A DNA stretch of 64,000 bases from Scyliorhinus canicula (Eukaryota): assembly GCF_902713615.1 (NCBI RefSeq), contig NC_052156.1:126604407-126668406 (forward strand), in the 5' to 3' direction. Of this stretch, positions 38,801-50,632 are shown piece after piece (position 1 is the stretch's first letter; each line of letters begins with the position of its first letter). The position numbers and the translations under genes were made by a program. Under the pieces are notes generated by a model. The model did not search any database, was not told the DNA's origin, and saw nothing but the letters and a program-made list of their open reading frames with translations.

Positions 38801-41354
38801 CGTAGACCACTCCCTGCGCCTTCCTCCACTGTGTCTCCGCCTTTCTGGTGGTCAGTAAATCAAACAATCCCTCCTCCGGGGCCTCCGCATACCTCCTATC
38901 TACACCCAGCAGCTCCCCCACCAGTCTCTCCCTCTCCCTCCTCTCCCCCTCTCCTTATGGGCTCGGATGGAAATCAGCTCCCCCCTAATCACTGCCTTCA
39001 GAGCCTCCCACACCATCCCCACCCGGACCTCCCCAGTATCATTGGCCTCGAGGTACCTCTCAATACATCCCCGGACCCTCCTACACACCTGCTCATCAGC
39101 CAACAACCCCATGTCCAAACGCCAAAGCGGGCGCTGGTCCCGCACCTCCCCCATCTCCAGATCCACCCAATGCGGAGCATGGTCCGAAATCGCTATAGCC
39201 GAATATTCGGCATCCTCCACCCTCGGGACCAGCCCCCTACTCAGGACAAAAAAATCAATACGGGAATAAACCCTGTGCACGTGGGAGAAAAAAAAAAAGA
39301 GTATTCCCGAGCCCTCGGCCTCCCAAACCTCCAGGGATCCACCCCTCCCATCTGGTCCATAAATCCCCTCAACACCTTGGCCACCGCCGGTCTCCTGCTC
39401 GTCCTAGAACTAGAACGATCCAGTGGGGGATCCAGCACCGTATTGAAGTCTCCCCCCCCCCGTGATCAGGCCCCCTGCCTCCAGGTCAGGAATGCGGCCC
39501 AACATACGCCTCATGAAACCAGCATCATCCCAATTTGGGGCATATACATTTACCAACACCACCCTCTCCCCCTGCAGCTTACCGCTCACATATCTGCCGC
39601 CACTATCAGCCACCACCTCAGACACCTCAAACGCCACCCTCTTCCCCACCAGGATCGCCACCCCCCGGTTCTTCGCGTCGAGCCCCGAATGGAAAACTTG
39701 CCCCACCCACCCCTTCCTCAGATGAACCTGGTCCGCCACCTTCAGGTGAGTCTCCTGAAGCATGGCCACGTCCGCCTTCAGCCCCTTCAGATGTGAAAAC
39801 ACCCGGGCCCGCTTAACCGGCCCATTCAACCCCCTCACATTTCACGTGATCAGGGAGCACCCCGCCCCCCCTCCCCCGCCGACTAGCCATAGCCCATCGA
39901 CTGCTCGCCCCTGGCCAGCACCCCCCACTCGGCCCGTTTCCCATGGTGTTAGAACCTCACCCCGACCCGCACCAGCTCCTCCCTGGCCATTCCAGCAGCA
40001 ACCCAGTATCCCATCACCCCCCCCCCCCCTTCCCCCCAGGCTAGGACCCCTCCTAGCCACAACACTCCCTCCATAGTACTCCCGTGAGCCAGCTGACTTC
40101 TGCTGACCCCGGCAGCTCCCGCCCTAACTCCGACCCCTCCCGATATGGGGTCACCCCCACCCTGCAGCAGCTCCTCGGCACCGCTCCAGCGTGGGAAAAC
40201 GGAACTGATATCCACGCCCCTTGCCTCCAGCTCCATCCCCCTCATCCCGCGGCGCGGGAAACCAGAGGAAAGTCCACGCTTTCACCCTGCCCCACCTCCC
40301 CCCCCAATGCAGCTCCCAAATAGCAGTCCCAACCCATCCACCAACCCCATACAAAAAAAACAGACCCCCAACACCCCCTTTAAAACACAAAACCATAACC
40401 AACACCATCCGAAAGCAGAAAAAAAAACAGAATAGCCAGCAACAGCATAAAGTGATACAAAAAAAACCCCCACAGTCCCCAATCCCTAGTTCGAGTCCAA
40501 CTTTTCAGCCTGTACAGGTGGCAGCATGCCGAATTTCACCTGCTTGCCGTGGAGCACCGCCTTCGTCCGGTTGAACCCGGCCCTCCGCTTAGCCACCTCC
40601 GCAGATGCGTACTACTGAATTCTCCCACTTGCTGCTCCTCACCTTCTTGGCCCATCGCAGCACACACTCCCGGTCACTGAACCGATGGAACCGCACCAGC
40701 ACCGCCCGCGGGGGTTCATTCGCCTTAGGCCTCCTGGCCAGTATTCTGTGGGCCCCCTCCAGCTCCAGGGGCAGATGGAAAGATCCTGCCCCCACCAGCG
40801 AGTTCAGCATCACGGCCACATAAGTCGGCAGGTCCGACCCCTCCAGCCCCTCCGCGAGGCCCAGGATCCGCAAGTTCTTCCTCCTCAACCGAAACTCCAT
40901 CTCCTCAAAGCGATCTTGCCACTTTTTGTGGAGCGCCTCGTGCATCTCCACCTTCCCCACGAGGGCCGAGACCTCATCCTCACGCTCAGAGGCCTGCTGC
41001 TGCAACTCACGGATCTCTGCACCCTGGGTTGTCTGGGTCTCCAGCAGCTTACCTGTAGTAGTCCAGCAACTCCACTTTCAGCTCCGTAAAGTAGCGCAGA
41101 AGGGCCGCCTGCTGCTCCTGCGCCCACTCCTTGACGGCTCCACCGGCCGCCATTTTGTCCACCTTCCCCTGCTTTTCCAGGGGAGCTGCCGCCGTTTTTT
41201 CCTCGCCCCACTCCGGGTCCGCACCATAAACCCCGGGGGATATTACTCCAGACACCTTCACACACCGGGAATCTTTGAATCAGCGCCGATATCCTACGAT
41301 AGCGGGAGCTGCCGAACGTGCGGCTTAGCTCCGCATTGCCGCCACCGGAAGTCA
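35819..41354 (-). mobile_element. Full-length L1-clade LINE (~5.5 kb); ORF1 and ORF2 disrupted
   Basis: 15-bp TSD tgaagctactgtgtt (35804-35818 / 41355-41369). 5' end GACTTCCGG; A-tail at 35819. ORF1 RRKNLRILGL..AHR..VLVRFH (40589-41005). APE motifs MLQETH, SRIDFF, ISDH. RT motifs [26 protein letters not shown]-terminal CxxC..H..C. Confidence 0.95.
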
Positions 41355-41765
41355 TGAAGCTACTGTGTTAACCATTGTGCTTCTCTCTCCCAATATAATT
41401 TCATGAGCAAATTTAGCCACTTTCTGTCGAGTTTCAGAATCCAGGTCATTTACGGTCAGGCGTTTTATTACATTACAGGTGTTATACAAGTTGTTCTTCT
41501 TGTTTGCAGAAGCAAATAGTAGCGACCCAAACCAGAACCCACTCAGTTTTCCACTCACCAAACATGACCCATACTCACTGTTTCTATCCTACAGTCAATT
41601 TCTTATCCATTCTGAAGATTTGCCCGGAAACCCTGCAGCTTTGAGTATAACCAACAGACTGTTGTCAGAACTTTGTTACCTGGGAGAGGAGGGAAATCTA
41701 AAAGCCCCCAAGGTTTACGGTCAAAGTATATCGCTTATGTACAGGTGTACATTAATATAGTGTAC

Positions 41766-41835
41766 CTGTAATCTCGCCAACTGTGCCGTACGAGCAACAA
41801 TCTTGTTATATGGGTCAACAATTTTTCCTCTGATC
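41766..41835 (-). CDS. COG5: COG5 coding exon 5 ([23 protein letters not shown])
   Basis: Visible within ORF 41721..41924. Acceptor tttttaacag, donor CAG|GTACA. 70 nt. Confidence 0.96.
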
Positions 41836-42359
41836 CTGTTAAAAAAAGAAAAAGAAATCAAACAACCAAATGTGTGAATGATCAAGTTCACAGGACGTTT
41901 TGTGCACAACGGAGAATTATACATTATGAGGTTGTTATATTCTAGCAGTTTACACCCCAGGTATTTGAAATAAGATTTGATTCTAAAGGGCGCAGGAAGT
42001 AGAGCTAGGGTAGGCCATTCAGAATTTCAGGCTTATTCCGCCATTCATTAGGCCGCATTTTGCGGTGACATTAATGGCGACACATTCAACATTTGCCACA
42101 ACTGAGTGTTGGAGAGGCCTCACAACTTTTGCAGTAAACCTTTGTTGGACACAAATTCAAAAGTTGCGAAGGGCCAACCAATATTAGCCCCAAAGGTTTG
42201 TTACTTCAAACACAAGTATGAAATCAGTGCAAATTTCCAGGTGCAAGGTGCTTCCGAAAATCACCCTGTAACCTTCTATATTCCAGGGAATGCAAGTTTG
42301 GTTTATGGAATCTCTCCTCAGAATTTAACCATAACAGTGACAAAGGAAAATTAATTAAA

Positions 42360-43233
42360 TTTGATGAATTATTATTGGGTGGCAAATATAGACATGGGTT
42401 GGAAGTGGGTAATGGGGGAGTGGTCAGTATGGGGCAGCTTCTCGAGCTTGGATAGGCTGGTGGAGCCCACAGGAATGGGTTCCAGTATTTGCAGGTGAGG
42501 GATTTTGTTAGGAAGCAGGTGCCGACCTTTCCCCACCTGCCGCCTATAGGGCTACAGAACAAGGTGGTGTCAAAAACAGGGCAGGTGAGAGAATAGTGTC
42601 GGAAATCTATAAAGAGCTAATGGAATGGGAGGGAGCCCGGATAGGGGTCGTGAAGTGTAAGTGGGTGGAAGAGTTGGAGAGGGAGTTGGAGGCTGGGTTG
42701 TGGGAGGAAGCTCTGAGGAAGGTGAACGTGTCCTCTTCATGTGCAAGGCTTAGCCTTATTCAGTTCAAGGTGGTCCACAGGGCACATATGACCGTGGCTA
42801 TTGTGAGTAGGTTTTTTGAGGGGGTGAGGATAGATATGTGCAAGTGGGCCCGCAAATCATGTCCACATGTTTTGGGCCTGTCCAAAGCTGGAGGGAATCT
42901 GACTTGCTGATGTTATGTTGGAGGTCTTGAGGGTGAATATGATCCTGAGTCCAGAAGTGGTAATCATTGGAATGTGAGAAAACCCGGGAGTCCAGGGGGA
43001 GAGAGAGGCGGATTTGCCTCCCCAGTAGCCCGGAGACAGATCTTATTGGAATGGCAGGACTCGGGGCGCGAGAGAGAGAGAGAGAGAAGGGGGGGTATTG
43101 GGGGGGTTTAAAAAGGAGGTAGGAGAGGTGGAGAGCGGGATGAGAAATGGTGGGGTGTCAGATATTTATTCTCTTTGTCATTTGTATTCGTTTGCTTGCT
43201 TTTTTTCTGTATGGCTGTGTTTGATGTGTGTAT
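42360..43233 (+). mobile_element. L1 3' fragment (ORF2 C-terminus and 3' UTR); its tail resumes at ~47253-47300 after the CR1 insertion
   Basis: SSSCARLSLIQFKVVHRAH, homologous to ORF 36041..36703. 47262-47300 (aaatgcctcaataaaaat..ttttaaa) resembles the 3' end of the L1 at 21311. Confidence 0.85.
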
Positions 43234-43309
43234 CGAACGATACAGCGCAGTACAGGCCCTTCGGCCCTCGATGTTGTACCGACATGGAAAAAACTAAAGG
43301 CCATCTAAC

Positions 43310-46198
43310 CTACACTATGCCCTTATCATCCATATGCTTATCCAATAAACTTTTAAATGCCCTCAATGTTGGCGAGTTCACTACTGTTGCAGGTAGGGCA
43401 TTCCACAGCCTCACCACTCTTTGCGTAAAAAACCCACCTCTGACCTCTGTCCTATATCTATTACCCCTCAATTTAAGGCTATGTCCCCTCGTGCTAGCCA
43501 CCTCCATCCGCGGGAGAAGGCTCTCACTGTCCACCCTATCTAACCCTCTGATCATTTTGTATGCCTCTATTAAGTCACCTCTTAACCTTCTTCTCTCTAA
43601 CGAAAACAACCTCAAGTCCATCAGCCTTTCCTCATACGATTTTCCCTCCATACCAGGCAACATCCTGGTAAATCTCCTCTGCACCCGTTCCAAAGCTTCC
43701 ACGTCCTTCCTATAACGTTGTGACCAGAACTGTACGCAATACTCCAAATGCGGCCGTACTAGAGTTTTGTACAACTGCAACATGACCTCATGGCTCCGGA
43801 ACTCAATCCCTCTACCAATAAAGGCCATCACACCATAGGCCTTCTTCACAACCCTATCAACCTGGGTGGCAACTTTCAGGGATCTATGTACATGGACACC
43901 GAGATCCCTCTGCTCATCCACACTACCAAGAATTTTACCATTAGCCAAATATTCCTCATTCCTGTTATTCTTTCCAAAGTGAATCACCTCACACTTCTCC
44001 ACATTAAACTCCATTTGCCACCTCTCAGCCCAGCTCTGCAGCTTATCTATGTCTCTCTGTAACCTGCAACATCCTTCCGCACTGTCTACAACTCTACCGA
44101 CTTTAGTGTCGTCTGCAAATTTACTCACCCATCCTTCTGCACCCTCTTCTAGGTCATTTATAAAAATGACAAACAGCAACGGCCCCAGAACAGATCCTTG
44201 TGGTACGCCACTCGTAACTGAACTCCATTCTGAACATTTCCCATCAACCACCACTCTCTGTCTTCTTTCAACTAGCCAATTTCTGATCCACATCTCTAAA
44301 TCACCCTCAATCCCCAGCCTCCGTATTTTCTGCAATAGCCAACCGTGGGGAACCTTATCAAACGCTTTACTGAAATCCATATACACCACATCAACTGCTC
44401 TACCCTCGTCCACCTGTTCAGTCACCTTCTCAAAGAACTCGATAAGGTTTGTGAGGCATGACCTACCCTTCACAAAACCATGCTGACTATCCCTAATCAT
44501 ATTATTCCTATCTAGATGATTATAAATCGTATCTTTTATAATCCTCTCCAAGACTTTACCCACCACAGACGTTAGGCTCACCGGCCTATAGCTACCGGGG
44601 TTATCTCTACTCCCCTTCTTGAACAAAGGGACCACATTTGCTATCCTCCAGTCCTCTGGCACTATTCCTGTAGCCAATGATGACCTAAAAATCAAAGCCA
44701 AAGGCTCAGCAATCTCTTCCCTGGCTTCCCAGAGAATCCTAGGATAAATCCCATCAGGCCCCGGGGACTTATCTATTTTCACCTTGTCCAGAATTGCCAA
44801 CACTTCTTCCCTACGCACCTCAATGCCATCTATTCCAATAGCCTGGGTCTCAGCATTCTCCTCCACAATATTATCTTTTTCCTGAGTGAATACTGACGAA
44901 AAGTATTCATTTAGTATCTCGCTTATCTCCTCAGCCTCCACACACAACTTCCCACCACTGTCCTTGACTGGCCCTACTCTTACCCTAGTCATTCTTTTAT
45001 TCCTGACATACCTATAGAAAGCTTTTGGGTTTTCCTTGATCCTACCTGCCAAAGACTTCTCATGTCCCCTCCTTGCTCGTCTTAGCTCTCTCTTTAGATC
45101 CTTCCTCGCTTCCCTGTAACTATTAAGCGCCCCAACTGAAACTTCACGCCTCATCTTCACATAGGCCTCCTTTTTCCTCTTAACAAGAGATTCCACTTCT
45201 TTGGTAAACCACGGTTCCCTCGCTCTACCCTTTCCTCCCTGTCTGACTGGTACGTACTGATCAAGAACACGCAATAGCTGTTCCTTGAACAAGCTCCACA
45301 TATCCAGTGTGCCCAACCCTTGCAGCCTACTTCTCCAACCTACACCTCCTAAGTCATGTCTAATGGCATCATAATTGCCCTTCCCCCAGCTATAACTCTT
45401 TCCCTGCGGGGTATACTTATCCCTTTCCATCACTAATGTAAAGGTCACCGAATTGTGGTCACTGTCTCCAAAGTGTTCACCTACCTCCAGATCTAACACC
45501 TGGCCTGGTTCATTACCCAAAACCAAATCCAACGTGGCCTCACCTCTTGTTGGCCTGTCAACATATTGTGTCAGAAAACCCTCCTGCACACATTGTACAA
45601 AGAACGACCCATCCAATGTACTCGAACTATATCTTTTCCAGTCAATATTAGGAAAGTTAAAGTCTCCCATAACAACTACCCTGTTACTTTCACTCTTCGC
45701 CATCCTTTCCTCTACATCTCTAGAACTATTAGGTGGCCTATAGAAAACTCCCAGCAGTGTGACCTCTCCTTTCCTGTTTCTAACTTCAGCCCATACTACC
45801 TCGGAAGAAGAGTCCCCAACTTGCATCCTTTCTGCCACCGTAATACTGTCCTTGACTAGCAGCGCCACACCTCCCCCTCTTTTGCCCCCTTCTCTGACCT
45901 TACTAAAACACCTAAACCCCGGAACCTGCAACAACCATTCCTGTCCCTGCTCTATCCATGTCTCTGAAATGGCCACAACATCAAAGTCCCAGGTACCAAC
46001 CCATGCTGCCAGTTCCCCTACCTTATTTCGTATACTCCTGGCATTGAAATAGACACACTTCAAACCACCGGCCTGAACACTGGCGCCCTCCTGCAAAGTC
46101 AAATCTGTGCTCCTGACCTCTATACTCTCAATCTCCCGTACCCCAAAACTACAATCCAGGTTCCCATGCCCCTGCTGAATTAGTTTAAACCCCTCCAA
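43310..46198 (-). CDS. CR1 ORF2: APE endonuclease plus reverse transcriptase, uninterrupted 962-codon frame (true start uncertain)
   Basis: Motifs YFNARS, ISETW, MGDFN, LDL, SDH, PGPDG, YRPVSLTS, DFSKAFD, GVPQGSVLGP and FADD. Confidence 0.95.
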   Translation of the reverse strand: MEGFKLIQQGHGNLDCSFGVREIESIEVRSTDLTLQEGASVQAGGLKCVYFNARSIRNKVGELAAWVGTWDFDVVAISETWIEQGQEWLLQVPGFRCFSKVREGGKRGGGVALLVKDSITVAERMQVGDSSSEVVWAEVRNRKGEVTLLGVFYRPPNSSRDVEERMAKSESNRVVVMGDFNFPNIDWKRYSSSTLDGSFFVQCVQEGFLTQYVDRPTRGEATLDLVLGNEPGQVLDLEVGEHFGDSDHNSVTFTLVMERDKYTPQGKSYSWGKGNYDAIRHDLGGVGWRSRLQGLGTLDMWSLFKEQLLRVLDQYVPVRQGGKGRAREPWFTKEVESLVKRKKEAYVKMRREVSVGALNSYREARKDLKRELRRARRGHEKSLAGRIKENPKAFYRYVRNKRMTRVRVGPVKDSGGKLCVEAEEISEILNEYFSSVFTQEKDNIVEENAETQAIGIDGIEVRREEVLAILDKVKIDKSPGPDGIYPRILWEAREEIAEPLALIFRSSLATGIVPEDWRIANVVPLFKKGSRDNPGSYRPVSLTSVVGKVLERIIKDTIYNHLDRNNMIRDSQHGFVKGRSCLTNLIEFFEKVTEQVDEGRAVDVVYMDFSKAFDKVPHGWLLQKIRRLGIEGDLEMWIRNWLVERRQRVVVDGKCSEWSSVTSGVPQGSVLGPLLFVIFINDLEEGAEGWVSKFADDTKVGRVVDSAEGCCRLQRDIDKLQSWAERWQMEFNVEKCEVIHFGKNNRNEEYLANGKILGSVDEQRDLGVHVHRSLKVATQVDRVVKKAYGVMAFIGRGIEFRSHEVMLQLYKTLVRPHLEYCVQFWSQRYRKDVEALERVQRRFTRMLPGMEGKSYEERLMDLRLFSLERRRLRGDLIEAYKMIRGLDRVDSESLLPRMEVASTRGHSLKLRGNRYRTEVRGGFFTQRVVRLWNALPATVVNSPTLRAFKSLLDKHMDDKGIV

Positions 46199-47107
46199 AG
46201 AGTACTAACAAATCTCCCCCCCAGGATATTGGTGCCCCTTAGGTTCAGATGTAGACCATCCTGTCTATAGAGGTCCCACCTTCCCCAGAAAGAGCCCCAG
46301 TTATCCAGAAATCTGAATCCCTCCTGCCTGCACCATCCCTGTAGCCACGTGTTTAATTGCTCTCTCTCCCTATTCCTCGTCTCACTATCACGTGGCACGG
46401 GCAACAACCCAGAGATAACAACTCTGTTTGTTCTCGCTCTGAGCTTCCATCCTAGCTCCCTAAAGGCCTGCCTGACATCCTTGTCCCCTTTCCTACCTAT
46501 GTCGTTAGTGCCAATGTGGACTACGACTTGGGGCTGCTCCCCTTCCCCCTTAAGGACCCGAAAAACACGATCCGAGACATCACTTACCCTTGCACCTGGG
46601 AGGCAACATACCAAACGGGAGTCTCTCTCGCTCCCACAAAATCTCCTATCTGTGCCCCTGACTATTGAGTCCCCAATTACTAATGCTCTGCTCCTCTCCC
46701 CCCTTCCCTTCTGAGAAACAGGGACAGGCTCCATGCTAGAGTCCCGTACCTCATGGCTTACCCCTGGTAAGTCGTCCCTCCCCACAAGTATCCAAAACGG
46801 TATACTTGTTACTCAGGGGAATGACCGCAGGGGGTCCCTGCACTGACTGCTTCCTCCCAGTCCCTCTTACAGTTACCCATCTATCTCCAGTCTTTGGTGT
46901 AACTACTTCCCTGAAGCTCCTATCTATGACCACCTCTGCCTCCCGAATGATCCGAAGTTCATCCAACTCCAGCTCCAGTACCATAACTCGGTCTTGTAGG
47001 AGCTGGAGCTGGCTGCACTTCCTGCAGGTAAAATCAGCAGGGACACTAACGGCATCCCTCACCTCAAACATCCTGCAGGAGGAACATTGCACTACCTTCC
47101 CTGCCAT
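46180..47107 (-). pseudogene. CR1 ORF1 (zinc finger/leucine zipper plus SGNH esterase) with a 1-bp frameshift
   Basis: ORFs 46751..47140 and 46180..46785 join across a G-rich tract at ~46778-46784. ATG of MAGKVVQC at 47107. Confidence 0.85.
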
Positions 47108-47322
47108 CCCACTTAATTTCAACCACGTTCTGGTAAACAAATATAAAATAAATAAAAAATAATAATATAATATAGCACTTACCTGCTCACACCAATGGGT
47201 CTTATTATTAGGTTAGAGGAGGAGGGTGGGTGGGAGACACTATACGTGTAGTATAATATATATATTATAAATGCCTCAATAAAAATATATATTTTTTAAA
47301 TAGTGTTATGCTTGCACTATAC

Positions 47323-47377
47323 CTGTCAACAGTGCACTGCAGAGCAGCAATCCGGGTCTGCATCATCTGAAGAACAC
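47323..47377 (-). CDS. COG5: COG5 coding exon 4 (GVLQMMQTRIAALQCTVDR)
   Basis: Hand translation. Acceptor ttttttag, donor AG|GTATAG. 55 nt, phases fit both neighbours. Confidence 0.95.
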
Positions 47378-48939
47378 CTAAAAAACACAACAGACATAAA
47401 CATTTTCATTTATTTACAAGACATGTTTTAAGTCCTGTTATAGTTTACAAAAACAAGATTAAGTCATTCAATCCTTCAAGACTATTCAATTGTTCAATCA
47501 AATCATGATCAATCTTTACATCAATTATTTTACACATCCTTTCTCCACACACAAAAATATGGTGATCTCAGTCTTTAAAATTTCAATTGATCCAGCACCC
47601 AAAGTTTAATGGGGAAGGCAATTCCAAATTATACCTACCCTTCGCAGTGCTTACCAATTTCATTCTTAAATAACATAGCTGTATTCCCCTTGATCTGGAT
47701 TCCTCCACCAAAGGAAATAGTTTGTCTGGATTTTCCCTACAGAATCACTTTATTTTTAAAATAACACTGCTCCTCTCTTAACTTTCTAGACTGAAGGGAT
47801 AACCAAGCACGTTTCAGTAGCATGTCCTACTTTAAACCTGACATAATTTTGCTTAACACATTATTCCCAAGATTAATGCCTAATACTGAAAAGTTCTCAA
47901 AACGGCATCTGACTAAAGCTGTGTTTAACTCAAACATCATTCCCCGCCTTATATATTCCAACCCTCTTGAGACGAAGGCCAATATTCAATTGGCTTTTAT
48001 TTACTTTTGTACTTCTGCATCAACTTTTAGGGATGTGGAATTACTCAATTCCTTTGTACCTCCACAGTATCTAATCTATGACCATTAAGAAAATATTATG
48101 ATATCTTTCTTAGATCCAAAATGTATAATCTCATTCCTTTAATTCAGCTGAAAGCAGATCAAAGAAATTCATCGTTATGACATGGAGAAAAACGCTTTGT
48201 CAGGTCCGTGTTGCAGAGATTCTGTATAAACAAAATTATAAGCATTTAATAAAGATGGTGCAGTGGTTATTTATTTTACAGATAATTATTATTATAGCAG
48301 TTCATTTGATTCATGCTTGTACCTTTTCTTCTTGCATGTAGTATTTAATTTAATTCCACATCCTCTTGTACCCTAGAATAATTATTTTCTCAGGAAACGA
48401 ATTGCCTTATAAAATATTTTAAGCACTCTTTTGCAGCAGCATACTGTTAACTTCACTTGGTCTTCCGGAATATATCAGTTACTGATTAGAACATTTACTC
48501 TGCATTTATCAGTATTGCACATCATTTGTGGGTGGCATGGTAGAACAGTGGTTAGCGCTGTTTTTGTTATGACCACATAGTTACCATAGACCAACGAGGG
48601 ACACAGAGCACTTTTTATTGACGAATAGATCTATTTTTTGGTCATATTTTGTCAGATAAGCAACTCACAATGCTTAAATAAATCAATGTGGTGTTGTCAC
48701 TATGGCATCAATTAAGTTAACAGGGACAAACAAAACTAACTCCATTTCTGCTCTCAAATGACCAGTTTTTATGAATATTAGTGCAGAGCCCCATTACGTC
48801 AACAGAGAATCTTTTACAACGGGCAAGACTGTGTGCAGCTAAGTGGAATTGCCACAACAAATGAAAGTAGATTTCAGACTTGCATCTAAACGTTTGCCTT
48901 TATACTGTTACTTTACATTATCAAATATATTTCAATGAG

Positions 48940-49099
48940 CACAGTGGTTAGCACTGCTGTATCGCACCGCAGAGGACCCAGGTCACTGCCTGTGTGGTGT
49001 TTACTCATTTTCCCTCTGTCTGCATGGGTCTCACCATCACAACCCAAACATGGGCAGGGTAGGTGGATTGGGCATGTTAAATTGGAAGTTGTTTCATAA
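48940..49099 (+). mobile_element. Short V-SINE variant, truncated, with 18-bp flanking direct repeat
   Basis: caaatatatttcaatgag at 48922-48939 / 49100-49117. Confidence 0.8.
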
Positions 49100-49242
49100 C
49101 AAATATATTTCAATGAGACCTGTAGATCAGGGATACCAACAAGACTTGCCCTTGACATTCGATGGCATTACCATCATTAAATCCCCCACTATCAACATCC
49201 TGGAGGTGACCATTGACCAGAAACCAAACTGGATGAGCCATA

Positions 49243-50320
49243 TGGTATGGGTCCTTCTTGTTTATTCCCTGTATCTTCCCTCATTTCCCTTTTCTTTCAT
49301 TTTTGCTGTTACACTTTTGATTCAGGGATGATTTGTGGACATGTCTCTTTGATGCAGCCTGCATCTTTAATTCAAGCAGAAATAGTGAAAAAGAGAAGGA
49401 TCCAGAAAGTTGTGTTGATTTAGGCTGGTGATTGCAGACTGGCTGACGTCAGTGATGACTCAGTTTGATTAATTTGGCTGGTGGGCAACGAATTGGCCCA
49501 AAAGGCTGTGCTATATCCGATAACAGATGGTGATTGGATTTGATCCCACTGGAATGTTTCCAGAGTTATGAGGTTCCAGTTGTGTTTCACTTCTGAATCT
49601 GGCAGCCTGGATGGAGTTTTCTCACTAACTCTCTCCAAACAGATCGAAATAACTCTCTTCAGAATGACACTGAGGTCTGACTCTCTCTCCAGAATGTCTG
49701 GATCTTGTCTCTTGAGACTGCAAAGGCCTGAAGTCAAACCATGGGCTGGAAGCAAGGATTGATGCAAAACAAAGTATCTCTCCAGAAAGATATCGCCCTG
49801 AATGTGAACCTCGAGCTAAAGGCCCAATTTGATCAGAACTAAAGTGTCTCTCCAGAATGTCAGCTGCCTATGGGTGCTGAATTTTATCTGCAGGGACCCT
49901 GAATGAATGATTCTGCAAAGACGGCCATTACAGAGGTAAACCAGAGATTTTAACCAGCAAGCGTGCTGAAGGACCACCATTTGAAGCAACGACACTTTAT
50001 CTTTTGACTATCATCCTTTTTATTTCCGCCCCCCAACCCCCAAGTTTGACTTGTTTGTGTGGGTAGGGGGTGGGAGACATAAAGAGAGTAGTCGGTGTTA
50101 GCTTGTTGTTATCCAGTTGTATTTACTGCATATTCCATGATACTTCTTGGTATAAACAGTAAGTGTTTCAACTTACAAACCTGGTGACTGTAGTTATTAG
50201 GCAGCTACAGGCCAAAGACTTTGGGAATTTTTGTAAAAATTATTGGTTAATTCACTTGTGTTGTGACTCAGGAAGAGTGGAGCTGGAATTGACCGCGCAC
50301 TTAACCAGTGTGCCGTAACA
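49243..50320. mobile_element. Solo-LTR-like insertion (~1.08 kb)
   Basis: Ends TGGTATGG..CCGTAACA, with a 3-4 bp ata(t) duplication. Cleanly interrupts a LINE remnant (ccata|tacatactgtg). Confidence 0.65.
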
Positions 50321-50632
50321 ATATACATACTGTGCCTTCCAAAGCAGGTCAAAGCTAGGAATCCTGGCTCCCCAAAGCTTGTCCACCATCTACAAGCCAC
50401 AATTCAGGAGTCTAAAGGAATAGTCTCCATTTGCCTGGATTAATTGTGATGAATGTACTAGTTATTCTATATTATATTTTATATCTGCTGCTGTAATGTT
50501 TTTAAAAGGCTGGGTTATGGTATAGATTTGCTGTAGTAATATTATTAAATAACCTAGGTTAAGGTATCCAGGCTGTATGTCTGCTAAAGCTGTAATTAAA
50601 GATTCGTAAAAGGTGAGATCCTGATTAATTCT

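Larger units (their letters stand above)
43234..47251 (-). mobile_element. Near full-length CR1-clade LINE
   Basis: ORF1 with CxxC..CxxC zinc finger, coiled coil and SGNH esterase (GDSIVRG, HIGTND, DGLH), split by one frameshift near 46780. Overlapping ORF2. CR1-type 3' tail gagggccgaagggcctgt. Confidence 0.95.

Noticed and set aside
36660-39796. Long + strand ORFs of 320 and 321 aa (36660..37622, 38831..39796)
   Set aside because: Pro-rich antisense shadows of the G-rich L1 ORF2 with no domain features.
43098-46714. Several + strand ORFs (205, 145, 121 aa and others)
   Set aside because: Antisense frames of CR1 ORF1 and ORF2.
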